Part shown: positions 63,884-64,000 of the stretch, in pieces
Layout of the letters: each line of letters opens with the position of its first letter
Numbering within the stretch: the first letter of the stretch is position 1
NCBI GenBank assembly: GCA_029260855.1
Contig: JAJDCK010000014.1
Coordinates: 6,018-70,017 of the forward strand
DNA from: Candidatus Saccharimonadota bacterium
GTDB taxonomy: Bacteria > Patescibacteriota > Saccharimonadia > Saccharimonadales > OFTM59
Direction of reading: 5' to 3'
Length of the DNA stretch: 64,000 nt
Program-made: the position numbers and the translations under genes
The notes under the pieces: generated by a model
Databases searched by the model: none
Seen by the model: only the letters and a program-made list of their open reading frames with translations
What the model was told of the DNA's origin: nothing

Positions 63884-63917
63884 ACCGGAATCCAACCAAG
63901 AGAGATCCGGTTTTTTT
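63884..63917 (+). terminator. intrinsic terminator on the plus strand
   Basis: ACCGGA-N16-TCCGGT followed by TTTTTTT. Sits 2 nt before the GGAG SD of the next ORF. Confidence 0.55.
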
Positions 63918-63928
63918 ACGGAGCGATT

Positions 63929-64000
63929 ATGAGTCTAGCATTAGAAGCGAAGCATGGCCCGCCTGAAAGTGAAACTCGCCTCGCAGCACGCCAGTTAGGT
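63929..64000 (+). CDS. 5' end of an unidentified CDS running off the right edge
   Basis: ACGGAG SD-like, ATG 63929, open to the window end (MSLALEAKHGPPESETRLAARQLG...). Confidence 0.4.
   Translation, partial: MSLALEAKHGPPESETRLAARQLG

Overview
Gene-dense bacterial chromosomal window with about 85 supportable CDS and 2 tRNAs. I found no rRNA and no CRISPR array.

Core content:
- F1Fo ATP synthase genes (atpB-E-F-H-A-G, an extra orf, atpD, then atpC after an opposite-strand gene)
- smpB, a cysS-like gene, a DHH/NrnA-like phosphoesterase, a sigma-70-family factor
- recR, ybaB, dnaB, dnaX, rplJ-rplL, and a UvrD-type helicase-nuclease
- two two-component systems, a Crp/Fnr regulator, an aquaporin, MscS, a split MgtE-like pair and a CDF transporter
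- GT2/GT4 glycosyltransferases, a VanY-type peptidase and a sortase

Accessory content:
- a heliorhodopsin
- a REPtron-like Y1-transposase/REP cluster that has truncated an IS1595 transposase
- integration-type scars at tRNA-Asn and at the 3' end of smpB
- two orphan ORFs with HEPN-type R[ND]xxxH motifs placed just downstream of tRNAs

The compact style, the many orphan ORFs, the heliorhodopsin plus sortase, and the absence of outer-membrane genes suggest a monoderm, possibly Patescibacteria/CPR (Saccharimonadia-like). That taxonomic call is inference only.

Best follow-up candidates:
1. A riboswitch/attenuator-like RNA with mutually exclusive pairings at 63541-63645.
2. A minus-strand signalling cluster at 37422-41918, bracketed by two 49-aa paralogous basic proteins that the ORF track misses. 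It contains a MASE1 / PAS-kinase pair in one frame split by a single TAG.
3. A sortase next to a 61-aa gene that is little more than an LPNTAG sorting signal.
4. The REPtron-like element.
5. The duplicated alternative smpB tail.
6. Two insertions inside the ATP synthase operon.
7. A recurring -10 box 6-8 nt upstream of ATG, implying widespread leaderless mRNAs.

All family names come from motif recognition by eye and memory. No database search was run.
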